Origin: Octopus sinensis
Taxonomy: Eukaryota
Length of the DNA: 64,000 nucleotides
Direction: 5' to 3'
Assembly (NCBI RefSeq): GCF_006345805.1
Contig: NC_042999.1
Coordinates: 89,404,001-89,468,000, forward strand
Shown: positions 24,363-37,326 of the stretch, one piece after another
How the letters are laid out: each line of letters opens with the position of its first letter
How positions within the stretch are numbered: the first letter of the stretch is position 1
Made by a program: the position numbers and the translations under genes
The notes under the pieces: model-generated
Told to the model about the DNA's origin: nothing
Database searches by the model: none
What the model saw: the letters and a program-made list of their open reading frames with translations, nothing else

Positions 24363-26933
24363 TTTGTTAAATTGCTGACTTATAGCTAAGAGGATGATTC
24401 CAGTCACCTGAGTAAAGTTTTTTTTATGATTGATCAGGGATGAATTAAATGTGCTGCCATGAAAAATGAATATAGAACTTTTGAAATTTCCAACTATTCA
24501 GCAAACCTGGAGCCCTATATGGTCTGATAGGGAAGGTGTAATGTATAGTATGTCGATGAGTGGTGAGTAGCCGTGATTAGACGACCTGATAGGTACAAAG
24601 ACAGTTACAAGTATCTGTGTGTCTATCAAATATGTAAAAATAAAACTGGTTAATGTATAGAGTTAAAGATTGCAAAATATTCGTTTACTGCACCGTCTAC
24701 ACCAGTGTGAGATGTGTGTGTGTGATCCAAGAAGAGTTGTGAACATTGAGCCGTTACAGGGGACATTAACTTCGGGCTTGAATGTATGTCCACGATTCAG
24801 GAAAAATATAATAAAAGATTTTGGGGGAGTATAATGTGCATTAGAGGGAACAGTTATATTTGTAAGTGTGGAGAAGAGACTTGCAACCAAAGTAATTGGA
24901 AGTCTTTTTTCGTTTTTTTTTTTTGATACCCAAATGAGACAGGTGTTTGAGTTGAAAGTACAACCAAAGTATGTACAGGTCCCACCTTTCAGAATGACCC
25001 TTGAGTAAAGTGTTTAGGCTGGAGAGCAGACTTGAACTATACGAAGTGTTCAGTGTATGAATGAATGCGTTGTAAGATCACAGTAACCAGTTGTTGGTAA
25101 CTTGATCTAAAAGCTTGCAACAGAGCCAATTCCACAAAAGGCACTCTTAGGCTTAATGATGATGTTATAGCAGGCGACATCACAATCTCACACCAGATTT
25201 CTTTTTAAAAAAGCTGTTACCAGAAAATTTATCAGACTTCACGCTAGTAAGCACCACTATTCACATTAACAGATGTTTCCAGAACTGGTGCAAATGTTTA
25301 ATCATGTCCCTTAATAAACATCCAGACAACATGTCGGTAATTTCCTTTACGTCCGCCCAACGCCCGATGTGTCACTCTCACTTCATATCAGGGTAACAAT
25401 GATGGACTCTCCCGTCGAAGACGATGTAGGAGTGTTCAGCTTTTTTGTCGAACGACCTGCACAAATGGTTTGTTTATAGTGATCAAATGCTCCATCAAAT
25501 CAACGTTGTCTGAACAAGTGCACTGTGTACGACGCGTCGGGTGTCGAAGTGATTGCAGAGCAACGTAAGATGGAGTGTTTTGCTCAAATACACAAGGCAA
25601 CGCACCACCCAGTCTAGGAATTGAAACTACGATCTCGTGATCGTGAGTGCAGCCTCCTAACCACTAGGTCATGTGCCTCGCAATAACAACAATAATAAAA
25701 AGAACTGTATTTGAAGAATAAATGAGACTATATAAAGGACCCCGATAGAAAGTCAAAGGGATCAGTCTGTAACCTGAGGTAAGATGTTGCTGTTTTAACT
25801 CCTGGTTAACCTCAACTAAACAAAATAATGATCAAAAGTATTCCAGTCATGAACATAAGATAGGGTCCCCAAACAGCGGGTCGCGAATCATTTTGTCTTT
25901 TCATTTCATTTTTTACTCGTTTCAGTCATTAGACTGTGGCCATGCTAGAGCACGCGTACACATTCACACACTCGCATATATATATATACACAAAGAGAGA
26001 GAGAGAGAGATACTCGTCAGGCTTCTTTCTACTTCCGTGTACGAAATCCATTCACAAGTATTTTTCGGGCCAGAGGCGAAGACATTTTCCCAGGGTACCA
26101 CGCAGTAAGTCTGAACCCAGGACCATGTAGCTGAGAAACAAATTTCTTACCACAGAGACCACACAGCCACGCCAGACTAAGTTTTTAAACTTTATTTTAT
26201 CAACTATTACAGACTGCTATTCTCCGTTGTAATCTTCTAAATTGACCAGCCCAGAACATGTTGTGTTGTGTCATAACGAAGTCTTTTCCAGTGACGTTTT
26301 GTTTTTCGAATTATATCCTTTATAACTTTTTATGCAAGAACATCAATGAAACAGCGAACTAAACACTTTTTTTTACAAACCTTCCGCTTAAGAATTGAAT
26401 AACTGAACAGCCCTTTCAATCCCTTTCACCCAGTGTATTTTTTCTTTCTTTTTCTTTGGAGGTGGGTAGACGTCGACCTTACTGAATTTCAAACTTAGTA
26501 TCAACTATCAACCCATATCGATCTCACCAGTCTGAGAGCACTGGGAAAGTCATGGACACTGAACCTATTTCAATTAATTAACTAATTAAAGCAATTTAAA
26601 ATTTAAGATAGAAAACACATTAACTTCTCTGCGTTGTTATGTTTGCTTGCATATATGCAAAGCAACATAGATATTGCCACTAACGCTACTCACGCGCGCG
26701 CGTACTCATATAGCACTCATAAACACACACACGCACGCACACATACTTACTAGAACTCATACACGCACACACACGCACTCACACACACACACGCTCACGC
26801 ACACCCACACCATGCAGATACACGTGCACTCACGCAAGAAAATACAAAACGGTAATCAAGTGTGTATTTGTAGGAAGATAAGTTGAGCAGATTAAAAGTT
26901 AATAGTTTACTCAAAATAACTGTATGCACAAAG

Positions 26934-26995
<62 letters not shown>

Positions 26996-27327
26996 TGTGG
27001 GTGTAGGTATATGATCCTGCTTATACACTCACTGTGCTGACTGATGGCTGTCTACATAGATGTGTGTGTGTGTTGCTTGTGTGTGAGCGTGTGAATGTGT
27101 ATGTACGTATGTATGTATGTATGTATGTATGTATGTATGTATGTATGTATGTATGTATGTATGTGTATATATTTCCCGGGCCGTGCAAAACACTCCATTT
27201 CACGTTGCTTTAGGCCAATCAGCTGTAAATGAGTAACTCTCCTTCGACGAACTGGTGTCCTGTCCAGGGGCATGTTGTGAACACAGTCACTTATGCGTCA
27301 TCGAACCGGAGTAACCGACCTATATAT

Positions 27328-27386
<59 letters not shown>

Positions 27387-27637
27387 CTTTATCTACTTCG
27401 AAATGTCAATGAAATATATATCGTAGGGTGGTCGCCACATTGTTGATTTGGGAAGCATTAAAATTAAATATTGAATATCTCCCTATATTATTTTGCATTA
27501 ACTGTGTATTATTTTATTCTGTTACTAGTTTCACTCATTTAACTGCGGCCACGCTGGAGTACCGCCTTGAATGGTTTTACTCGAACAAATTGACTCCAGG
27601 ACAATTTGTAATATATATATATATATATATATCTTCA

Positions 27638-28048
27638 GCAGGTGTGGCTGTGTGGTAAGTAGCTTGCTAACCAACCACATGGTTCCGAGTTCAGTCCCAC
27701 TGCGTGGCACCTTGGGTAAGTGTCTTCTGCCATAGCCCCAGGCCGACCAAAGCCTTGTGAGTGGATTTGGTAGACGGAAACTGAAAGAAGCCTGTCGTAT
27801 ATATGTATATATATGTGTGTGTGTGTTTGTGTGTCTGTGTTTGTCCCCCTAGCATTGCTTGACAACCGATGCTGGTGTGCTTACGTCCCCGTCACTTAGC
27901 GGCTCGGCAAAAGAGACCGATAGAATAAGTACTGGGCTTACAAAGAATAAGTCCCGCGGTCGATTTGCTCGACTAAAGGTGGTGCTCCAGCATGGCCACA
28001 GTCAAATGACTGAAACAAGTAAAAGAGTAAAAGAGAGTAAAAAGAGTA
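27638..28048 (+). mobile_element. SINE family A, full-length, consensus-like
   Basis: Head GCAGGTGTGGCTGTGTGGTAAG (A-box-like) and GGTTCCGAGTTCAGTCCC (B-box-like), through to the (AAAAGAGT)n tail. An inverted partial copy follows at ~28050-28215. Confidence 0.9.
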
Positions 28049-29609
28049 ATATATATGACGGGCTTCTTTCAGTTTCTGTCTACCAAATCTACTCTCAAGA
28101 CTTTGGTCGTCCCGAGGCTGTAGTAGAAGACATTTGCCCAAGGTGCCACGCAATGGGACTAAACCCGGAACCATGTAGCTAGGAAGCAAGCTTCTTACCA
28201 CACAACCACACCTGTATGTTTGCGCTTATGTTTTGTATGTATGTAAGCATGTATGTAAGCATGTTTGTGTTGGCAGTAAAATAAGGTGATGAAAGATAAG
28301 TAAATGGATCTCCGTCAATTTCAACGATGACGAACCATTTGTTCCACTAAAATGAATTATCATGTAAGTGGCTTAGTATTCCACAGACACGTGTGTGATG
28401 AGCGTGACAACACGTGACGATGTCATGTATTCTTTACTACAGCTGCAATCTATTCAATGGACTACCGCTCAGTTGCCGTCTACTCAATTTCACTTACGAA
28501 GTTCAACTCAGCTCATTTCAGCTCAGCTCAGCTCACCCCAGGGAATGGTAAAAAGCTCAAGATATCACGCAGCGGCATAGAACCCGGGACCACTTCATTG
28601 AGAATCGGTCTTCGGTACATCATTTCATATGTAATCGGAATTCTACGGTTGTACTCGCATTTCGGTTCTTACGTTATCGTGCTAACCCAATACATTAGAT
28701 GTTGGTACGAACGGGTAATCGATTATATCGATCCCAGCACCTGACTTACATTTTATTGTTAGTGTCTGTTCTGGTTCTTTTTTTTTTTTATTATATCACT
28801 GGATGGGGAGGTGAGTCGCTGCTATCTCTTGCAGTCGAGCATTCGTCCTTGACAAGACCACTGAAGGTTGAAATCACGTGATTTTGTACTCTCGGCGCTG
28901 GAGATGACGGGGGATTTATCTGCCTGCTAGCGATATAAACAAGAGAACATATGTACCAAAAGCCATTATAAGAGTTTCTCTCATGATATCTATTGCAGTA
29001 TAGCTTGTTCTAACTGAACATTCACGTTCAATTTTGCCTCACTTTATTTTAATAATCTTGGAAGGACGAAAGGAAAAGTTGATGTGGGCGAGATTAGAAC
29101 GCAGATGGTTAAAGGTATAAACATAAAAAGTTAACCTATAGAACTCAGATCAAATTGTTCTCAGGATCAGATATGATTATTTAAAAAATCATTCCAATGT
29201 ATCTATGCTTAAAGCAGGCTACTAATTTCCGTATGATTAAGGTACAGATCTTGCCATGGCTGGCATTCTTGTATTTTTAACACCAGAGCAGCTCTCGAAT
29301 AAAACTATGATCAAAACCACACCAACTGTAACCTCACTGTCCTCTATATTTTTCAGATATGGTATATCTAGGACTATATTGAGCAATGAGACCTTTTTTT
29401 TTTAAGGACAGTAGAGTATGGTTTGGAAAAAAATGGCTACTTACATATGAGTAGGTAAACGGATGAAAGAAAATAGCACACGACATATTTAGTTAAGAGT
29501 GTAAGAGCAGGCGTGGCTGTGTGGTAAGAAGTTTACTTCACAGTCGCATGATTCCAGGTCCAGAGCACTATGTGGAACTTTAAGCAAATGTTCTCTGTTA
29601 TAACTCCGG

Positions 29610-30002
29610 CCCGGCCAAAGTCAGAGGCTTTGCAACGAAGATTATCCTCCACACTTCTCTTAACAAAGAGAAGGGTCCCGTCAGAGGGCCCTGGTTGATT
29701 TGAGCGAGGTGATGTGAACTTCTTCCTTTCTCTGGTGAATTGCACAATCACTCTATTAACTGTAGAAAGCGGGACTCCAAGGTTTCCTGCGATTTTACGC
29801 TGTCCACCTTCAGAATGACCCACAATACGGCCTTTTTGAGATTCAGATAGTTCCAAGACTTCTTTCGTACATGGCATGATTAAGCAGTTACATATAGAAC
29901 CTGAAACATGTAAATGTCAATTAATAAAAAATATAAACCTTTACAAGTTAGAATAAACATAAAATGATGTTTCATAGGGTGTCTATTTACTTCTGTCACG
30001 TG
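29610..30002 (-). mobile_element. Tc1-like transposon 5' fragment (DNA-binding HTH)
   Basis: [50 protein letters not shown] is a Tc1 paired-like HTH plus a GRP-like motif. It is fused to a SINE A head at ~29505-29610. Confidence 0.75.
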
Positions 30003-30409
30003 TGTGGGTGGGTGTGTGTGTACTGTATATTTGTATACATATATACATATTATTTACGTTTGTAATTTATGTGAATAAAACAAACTACGTTTTGCTTTTA
30101 TCCCCAACCACCCAGTTGTAGATTTTCGGGTCAAAAAGAAAGTTTCCACAAAAACTTTCTCACCAAGAATTAAACTTTTATTCAAAGAGCGAAACAAAAA
30201 TACAATCTTTAATAATTCTCAAGTTGTCGAGAGAATGAATTACTTTTAAGTGGATCCTCTTGAAATGTGAATGAAATTTGTAAAACAAACAAAATTCGTT
30301 ATGATGGAAAGATATAAAGAAAAATATCACAAACAGAATTTCTATGTTTCTTAAGTGAGAAATAGTTTAGACTAAAGCAGGGATTCACACATTACGAAAT
30401 AATACATAC

Positions 30410-30532
30410 CAACAAGACACTAATGTTAACACCAACAGCAGTTGGCAACAGCAGCATAAGCAGTGCTAACAACTCAAATATATTGGCGCTGACGTTGGCA
30501 GAGAAACTTCTAACACGCCACTTTGGCGCCAT
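30410..30532 (-). CDS. Candidate first coding exon of a host secreted or membrane protein (signal peptide)
   Basis: GCCCTGCC-ATG-G context. 41 codons, MAPKWRVRSFSANVSANIFELLALLMLLLPTAVGVNISVLL, end at a phase-0 TTG|GTATGT donor. The segment is locally GC-elevated and lies in a repeat-poor island. It is below the ORF-track length cutoff. Confidence 0.5.
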
Positions 30533-33500
30533 GGCAGGGCGGGCAATGATGTTTGAGTTTTAGTAAAACGATCAAGGAACTCAGCATATGCACACATTCA
30601 CATTACATCCGCGCCCGCACAGCCTACACATACTTAGGCACACTCACACATACGCACACAATTTTACTCTTCCCATTTCCCTTTGCATATGTGTATTTTT
30701 CTGTTTTGATTTTCGTTTTCTTCTTTTTATTTCAGTAGCGCACTTAAATACACTCTTATAATATAATAGAATGTACACTAATAAAAGGTTAATGTTTAAA
30801 ATATTGCATTAGTTATGATTATTATTTTCAATATTTTTATTGGAATTAATTCTTAAAAGCTTAGGAAAGTCAAAGTTCCAAAAACTGGTGGGATGTAAGT
30901 GTTGTAGTGTAATTAATTAAATGGAAACGAATCAGAAGTAAAGTTATATAGAACTTCGAGGTTGTTGCTAACCCACTTCCAGCTGCGATTAAAGAGAGTG
31001 TCAGCAATGGGCTTTTAACGTCAAGTGAGGAGTGTTCCTACTTCAAAAAATAAAAAGAAAAAAAAAATCCCGAACTACAGAAAACACACTTTTGTGTTAT
31101 TGTAAGTGTTATTGTATACTTGCGTATGTATGTTTGTAACAGTGAGTTGTTTAATACATATTTCAATAGAAACAACCTTCCGCATTCCGAAAAAAAGCGA
31201 AAGTCTTCTTTGGCTGTTTATGATACAGCATTACCAGTTAACAAGACTATCGAACTGTGATTTTAAAACGAAATGATATCGATTAGTTATCTTTCTTATT
31301 TACTCCGGTATACAATATTTCTGTTCAGAAAAGGCAAGTGGTAGTTTAATTACATTTCCTTTTTTACGGTTGACAGATAAGTGTTTCTAGGAAGGTTGAC
31401 AGCTTGCTTTTGTCCGAGACTTTGTGTGATTTATTGACAAGATGAGTAAATATACACAAAAAGAACAGCGTTGAGTATATTATCTGATTGTCAGGATTTA
31501 TTAGGAATAAAACATTGTTTTTCATACTTCAAGCAGTACAGTTGGTATTTTGCAAATAGGCGTCCTCTCGTAGGCGAATATTTGATAAATGGATTGTTTG
31601 AACTATACTTTAGGTTTTCTTTTTTGTTTGTGTATGAGATCGGGTAAAATGCTGACGATAAAACCAAAGAGCCTAACAAATAATTTCATTATAATTCATT
31701 GCTTTCTGAAAATATCCCAAGTAAAACTTGTTTGTAGTTTAGAATCACGACTTTTCTCCACCTTATTGTTATAAATCCAGCTGTTAAACTATAAACGAAC
31801 TGTCTTTTAAATTTAGAAAATGTCGTGTGTAAATTAGTAACTTAACTTTATAGGAACTATTTTTCAATTCAATGATCAGCGTTTTGTTTCTACTTATCAT
31901 GAGGCTTTCTTTTCATATATGAACAGAGATCACTAGCTATTGGTCTAGAAATAGAAAAAAGTAACACTTCAGACGATTCTTTATAATAGCATATCTGATA
32001 CAATCATCGAGGTAATACATATGTAGTTAACTTCATCTAGCGTAGGTGTTTTGATTATCAGCTAATCGATTCATGCAAGTTTAATCGACTAAACATTGAC
32101 GTAGATTAATTCATTATCTATTTATTAGAACCTGCCAAACAGAAATAAATTATAGATTTGTATTGAAATTGTGTCAATAACTAGATTATAGAAGTGCAGC
32201 GAAAATTCCGGCATGTCATGAAATAAATAAAAAATAAATTTAACAGTTTTAGTGTATTATATTATATCTTTTAAATGGCTCCGACGTAATTACTACCGTA
32301 ACAAAGTAAAATTAAATTCAATGTTTATCACCACAAAGAACCAGATCTTATTTTTCGAAATATACAACACAAAATGGGTTTAGAAGTGGAAAAATTTATA
32401 TTTCAATAAAATCAATTTACCAAAACAATCTTATATGAACCATATAAAAGTAATTCATGTTATTCCTTCTATTTTATCTCTAACAACCTCATCTCCCTTG
32501 TATTTCACAGGTTTTATTACGGTCACATTAAAGAGCTGCCAAGGTCGATAGGTTGTCGAACTATCAGTAAAAGAATTGATGATTTTTATTCCCTTAGGTG
32601 ACATTACTCTATCTTTTACTTCTTCAAGCGGCTACAATCGAAAAGCGTCTTACGATTTTATGCCAGGAATTTATGTTAACCACTAGCTTTGGTACATCTT
32701 CAGTTGCATGTCGTGTGTTTATACCAAAAACATCGATGTAGTTGAGTGGTTTTCATCCGTTATTAAGGAGAGAAAATCTCCAAAATATAACATCACACAT
32801 GAGCTGTCGTTCAGCACTGTGGTAATGGCTAGCAAAACCTACCTTGCGTTCAGCAACAATAGGAGAGTTGGATGGATTTCATCCATAAATCTTCACACTA
32901 AGGTTTCGTGTTCACATCATGAAATGTTTTAAGCTCTCAAGCATACACCATCAAGATGATCTGAAAGCTCTTTCCACATAGTCTAGCTTTCGGCTCCATA
33001 GAGAAGAATGATCTCTCTGCATTAGTTCTATGACCAAGATTTAACCACCACTATCTCTGTCCACCTAACAATAAAAAAGATATGAACAAGTACATCTTAA
33101 CACTTTTAACGGAGGAAAACTGCATGATTTGCTAATATTTCGTTAAAATTTGGTGGTTACATTAGTTTGTTCTATTGAGCTGGAGATAGTGTAAAAAATT
33201 TACCTACTCGTCTTCGGAGCAGGCATTTTAATCTCTTATTTCCATTTTTGATTAGCAATGGTTCTTGTTATCATCAGTGTATAATGGCTACTGTGGAGCA
33301 ACCCATACTACGTTAAATTTATCGCATAAACACTTTTATAGCCAATTGATAATGTTACTCAATCAACTACTAGAGAGTGTGCTGAGGCGACAACATGGAC
33401 ACAGCCCATGCATAAGTAATCAGAGCGGTATTTCACGGTCGGCTTAACTTTTTCTATAATAACTCATCCTCATTTGAAGCATAGCCTGTAGTTTTGTTGC

Positions 33501-33576
33501 TTGAGTTAGATGTAACATTAGTTGTTTGATTATCAACTTTTTGCCATCGCATGGTACTTTATATATATATTTATAT

Positions 33577-35283
33577 AAATCAGGAGGGGCTCTTCCAAGG
33601 GGACTGCCTGTCCACACTGCTTTTTGTACTGTGCTTGATACCACTAACACTGATTCTGAGGAAAGCAAAAGCTGGATATGTATTCAAAAGCTGCCAACAA
33701 AATAATCAACTATTTATTATTCATGGATGACCTCAAACTCTATGGTAAAGATGAAGCCTAAGTCAGTTCCCTCGTTGATGCGGTGTATACTTTCAGTGCT
33801 GATATCAGAATGGAGTTCGGACTGAAAAAATGTGATGTGTTAGTCTTGAAGAGAGACAAAATCAAATGTATGGACGGGTTATCGATACCGTCGGGGGAGA
33901 TTATGAAGCAGATAGACGCAACAGGCTATAAGTACTTGGCGATTTGAGAAATGGATAAATTGATGGAGTAAGAAATGACAAAAAAATTTTAATTGGAGCA
34001 CTTGCGCAGACTGAGAATGATCCTTAAGTCAAAATTAAACGGACGGAATAAGATTGAAGCTATCAACACCTGGGCGGTTTCACTCCTTAGATATGGAGCA
34101 GGGTTAATCGCATGGATGGTTGACAAATGAAACAGCTTAGACAGAAAGACAAGTAAGATGCTAACTAGATATGGGTCACTCCGCCCAAAAAGTGACACAG
34201 ACAGATTGTATGTACCAAGAAAAAGAGGGGTAAGAGGACTTATTGGATGCGAACACAGCGTTAGAGCAGAAGAAAACAACATAGCATGGTATGTAAAAAT
34301 GCCACAGAACCGCTATTATTAGAAGTAAGGAGGTCAAGCCTGTGTAAGATGAAAGGTGGCAAAGATAAAGCACTGTACAGGCAATTGAAAACGAATGAAA
34401 CTGAAAATAAGTGGGTACAGAAAAGAATGCATGGACAATTTCATAGGGATGTTGAAGATAAGACAGACAGATAGAGAAAAAGAATGGCTGTGTATGACTA
34501 AAAGTGATTTAAAAGCAGAAGTGGAGGCTCTGATCTGTGCTGCCTAAGAGCATGCACAAAGAACAAACTATATAAAATACACAATAAACAACACATCAGA
34601 AAGTGATAAGTGCAGAATTTGTTCACAAAATGGTGAAACCGTATGGCATATTATCAGCCAATGTACGCCACTAGCCCAGAAGGAATATAAGAGACGCCAC
34701 AACAATATAGCAAGGCTTATCCATGTGACACTTTGTAACAAGTATGGACTTGACAGAGCAAAAAATTGCTACGACCACAAACCCGAAGGCATCATCAAAA
34801 ATGATCATGCAAAGATTCTGTGGGATTTTACGATTCAGTGCGACCATGAGATAGAGTAAGAAGCCTGAGAAAGAAAGCAAACTAATTGAGAAAGGAAGCA
34901 CACTATGCTGGATCTTAGATAGCATTGCCCAGCTGACAACAAGGTATGCAATAAGGAAGAAAGAAAAGTCGATAGATATGACCGGTTAGCTTGGGAGGTT
35001 AAGCTGTTGTGGTCGATGAAAAAGGTGGTAGTAGAACCAATAATTGTTGGATCCCTGGGAACAGTGAGTAAAAATCTTGAGAAGTACATGGAACAAATAG
35101 GAGCTAAAATAAGGATGGAGCACTTGCAGAAAGCAGCACTGCTTGAACCACTCGAATACTCCGGAAGGTGCTCGAAAAATAAGAGGTGTTACCTTAGTTC
35201 ACTGGTAGTGAAAAGGTGACACCATAGTACATCTCCAGAGTTAGAAGATGTGCAAAGACAACAACAACAACAACAACAACAAC

Positions 35284-35328
<45 letters not shown>
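33577..35328 (+). mobile_element. R4/Dong-type (RLE) non-LTR retrotransposon, 5'-truncated and degraded, with (AAC)n(AAT)n tail
   Basis: Motifs in order: FQGDCLS, LFMDDLKLYGK, AINTWAV, DRLYVPRKRG.RGL, CCHC zinc knuckle KCRICSQNGETVWHIISQC, KRRHNNIAR, KILWDFTIQCD and VVEPIIVGSLG. The tail is at 35258-35328. Confidence 0.9.
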
Positions 35329-35329
<1 letters not shown>

Positions 35330-35802
35330 GTTTCAAATTTTCCCGCAAGGGCAACCATTTTGGGGGCGGGAATGTGTCGATTACATCAACCTCAGTGTTT
35401 AACTGGTACTTAATATATCGACCCCGAAAGGATGAAAGGCAAAGTCGACCTCACTGATGTGAAAACGATTTTGCTAGCTAGCTGCCTTTAATAATAATAA
35501 TAATCTTTTCTACTTTAGGCACAAGGCCCGAAATTTTGGGGGAGGGTGCTAGTCGATTAGATAGTAAGAAGAAGAAGAAGAAGAAGATGTTTTTTCAAAT
35601 TTTGTCACAAGGACAGCCATTTTGAGGGAGAAGGCCAGTCAATTACATCGACCCTAGTATTTTACTGGTACTTAATTTATTGACACCGAAAGGATGAAAG
35701 GCAAAGTCGACTTCGGCGAAATTTGAACTCGGAACGTAGCGGCAGACGAAATACCGCGAAGCATTTTGCCCGGCATTCTAACGATTCTGCCAGCTCACTC
35801 CT

Positions 35803-35847
<45 letters not shown>

Positions 35848-36231
35848 GTAATAATTCTTTCTACTGGAAGCACAAGGCCTCAAATTTGGGGGAAGGGATT
35901 AAGTCGATTACATCGACTCCAGTGCGTAACTGGTACTTATGTAATCGACCCCGAAAGAATGAAAGGCAAAGTCGACCTTGGCGGAATTTGGACTCAGAAC
36001 GTAGCGGCAGACGAAATACCTGTTTCTTTATTACCCACAAGGGACTAAACATAGAGGGGACAAACAAAGACAGACAAACGGATTAAGTCGATTACATCGA
36101 CCCCAGTGCGTAACTGGTACTTAATTTATCGACCCCGAAAGGATGAAAGGTAAAGTCGACCTCGGCGGAATTTGAACTCAGAACGTAACGGCAGACGAAA
36201 TACGGCTAACGTTTCTGCCAGCTCGCCGCCT

Positions 36232-36280
<49 letters not shown>

Positions 36281-36295
36281 TAATAATGATAATAA
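35329..36295 (-). mobile_element. Head-to-tail stack of SINE family B copies separated by (AAT)n/(AAG)n
   Basis: Copies at ~35329-35455, 35491-35570, 35590-35805 and a dimeric copy at 35850-36235, all on the minus strand. Confidence 0.85.
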
Positions 36296-36689
36296 ATAGC
36301 TGCGACACCACCGTCGCATCTCGTCGCCTCCTTACCTCTGACCTTTGGAGACCAGTCAAAATTTGACAGCTTATTTAGCTGTCAATTTCAGTGTCGACTG
36401 ACGGGCTGTGTGTAAGAAGAGAAGAAAAAGAAGACTGCGGAAGATCTGTGTCTCCTTTGCTGGAGCCAGATGCCCCTGATTGCTGCTAGCGCTGCGGTTT
36501 ATATTATGTGTCGTGCGCGTGTCGTCACCCGAATAAGAATGAGGGTGAGGGTGTGGTTCATGCACAGGGGAGAGGAAGGCGGTTTACAGAAAAAAAAAAA
36601 AAAAAGAAAGGAAAAAAAGCAGAAAAGATGAATGCGACTGCGACGGCAGCGACAGCAGTGGCAGGTGTGTGTTCGTGCGTGTCTGTGTG

Positions 36690-37045
36690 TGTGGCAGTAT
36701 GTTGTATTGGCGGCGGCGGCGGCGGCGGTGGTGGTGGTGGTGGTGGTGGTGGTGGTGGTGGCGTAGGAGACGATAACAGCAGCAACAGAAGTGATCTTTA
36801 TAATAGTTGGTGGAGGTTTTGAAGGGTGGATGGAGGACTGCATTGCTGGCTGCAGAAATGATACAGAACTCTAACGATGTAATTCAGTCTTCTTCTGTTG
36901 TTGTTGTTGTTGGTGTTGTTGACGTCGTCGTTGTTATTGTTGCTGCTGCTGTTGCTATTGTCGCGCTGTTGTTGTCGTTGTTGTAACTGTTGTTGTGGTA
37001 GTGTTGATGGTGGTGGTGGTGGTGGTGGTGGTGGTGGTGGTGGTT
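36690..37045. repeat. Trinucleotide low-complexity tracts (GGC/GGT/GTT/GCT)
   Basis: Directly visible. They generate the poly-G/poly-P/poly-T ORFs in the track. Confidence 0.9.
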
Positions 37046-37092
37046 GTTTCGCCCTGAGTAGGCTCTGACTGAGATTATAAATCATTGGTTCT

Positions 37093-37326
37093 AAGACGGC
37101 GAGCTGGCAGAAATGTTAGCACGCCGGGCGAAATGCTTAGCGGTATTTCGTCTGCCGTTACGTTCTGAGTTCAAATTCCTCCGCGGTCGATTTTGCCTTT
37201 CATCCTTTCGGGGTCGATAAATAAAGTACCAGTTATGCATTGGGGTCGATGTAATCGACTTAATCCTTTTGTCTGTCCTTGTTTGTCCCCCTCTATGTTT
37301 AGCCCCTTGTGGGTAATAAAGAAATA
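37093..37326 (+). mobile_element. SINE family B with intact tRNA-like head
   Basis: GGCGAGCTGGCAGAAATGTTAGC..GTTCTGAGTTCAAATTCC..GTAATAAAGAAATA. Confidence 0.9.

Noticed and set aside
24400-25370. Possible LINE endonuclease remnants on the minus strand
   Set aside because: The sequence is too decayed to assign a clade or boundaries by eye.
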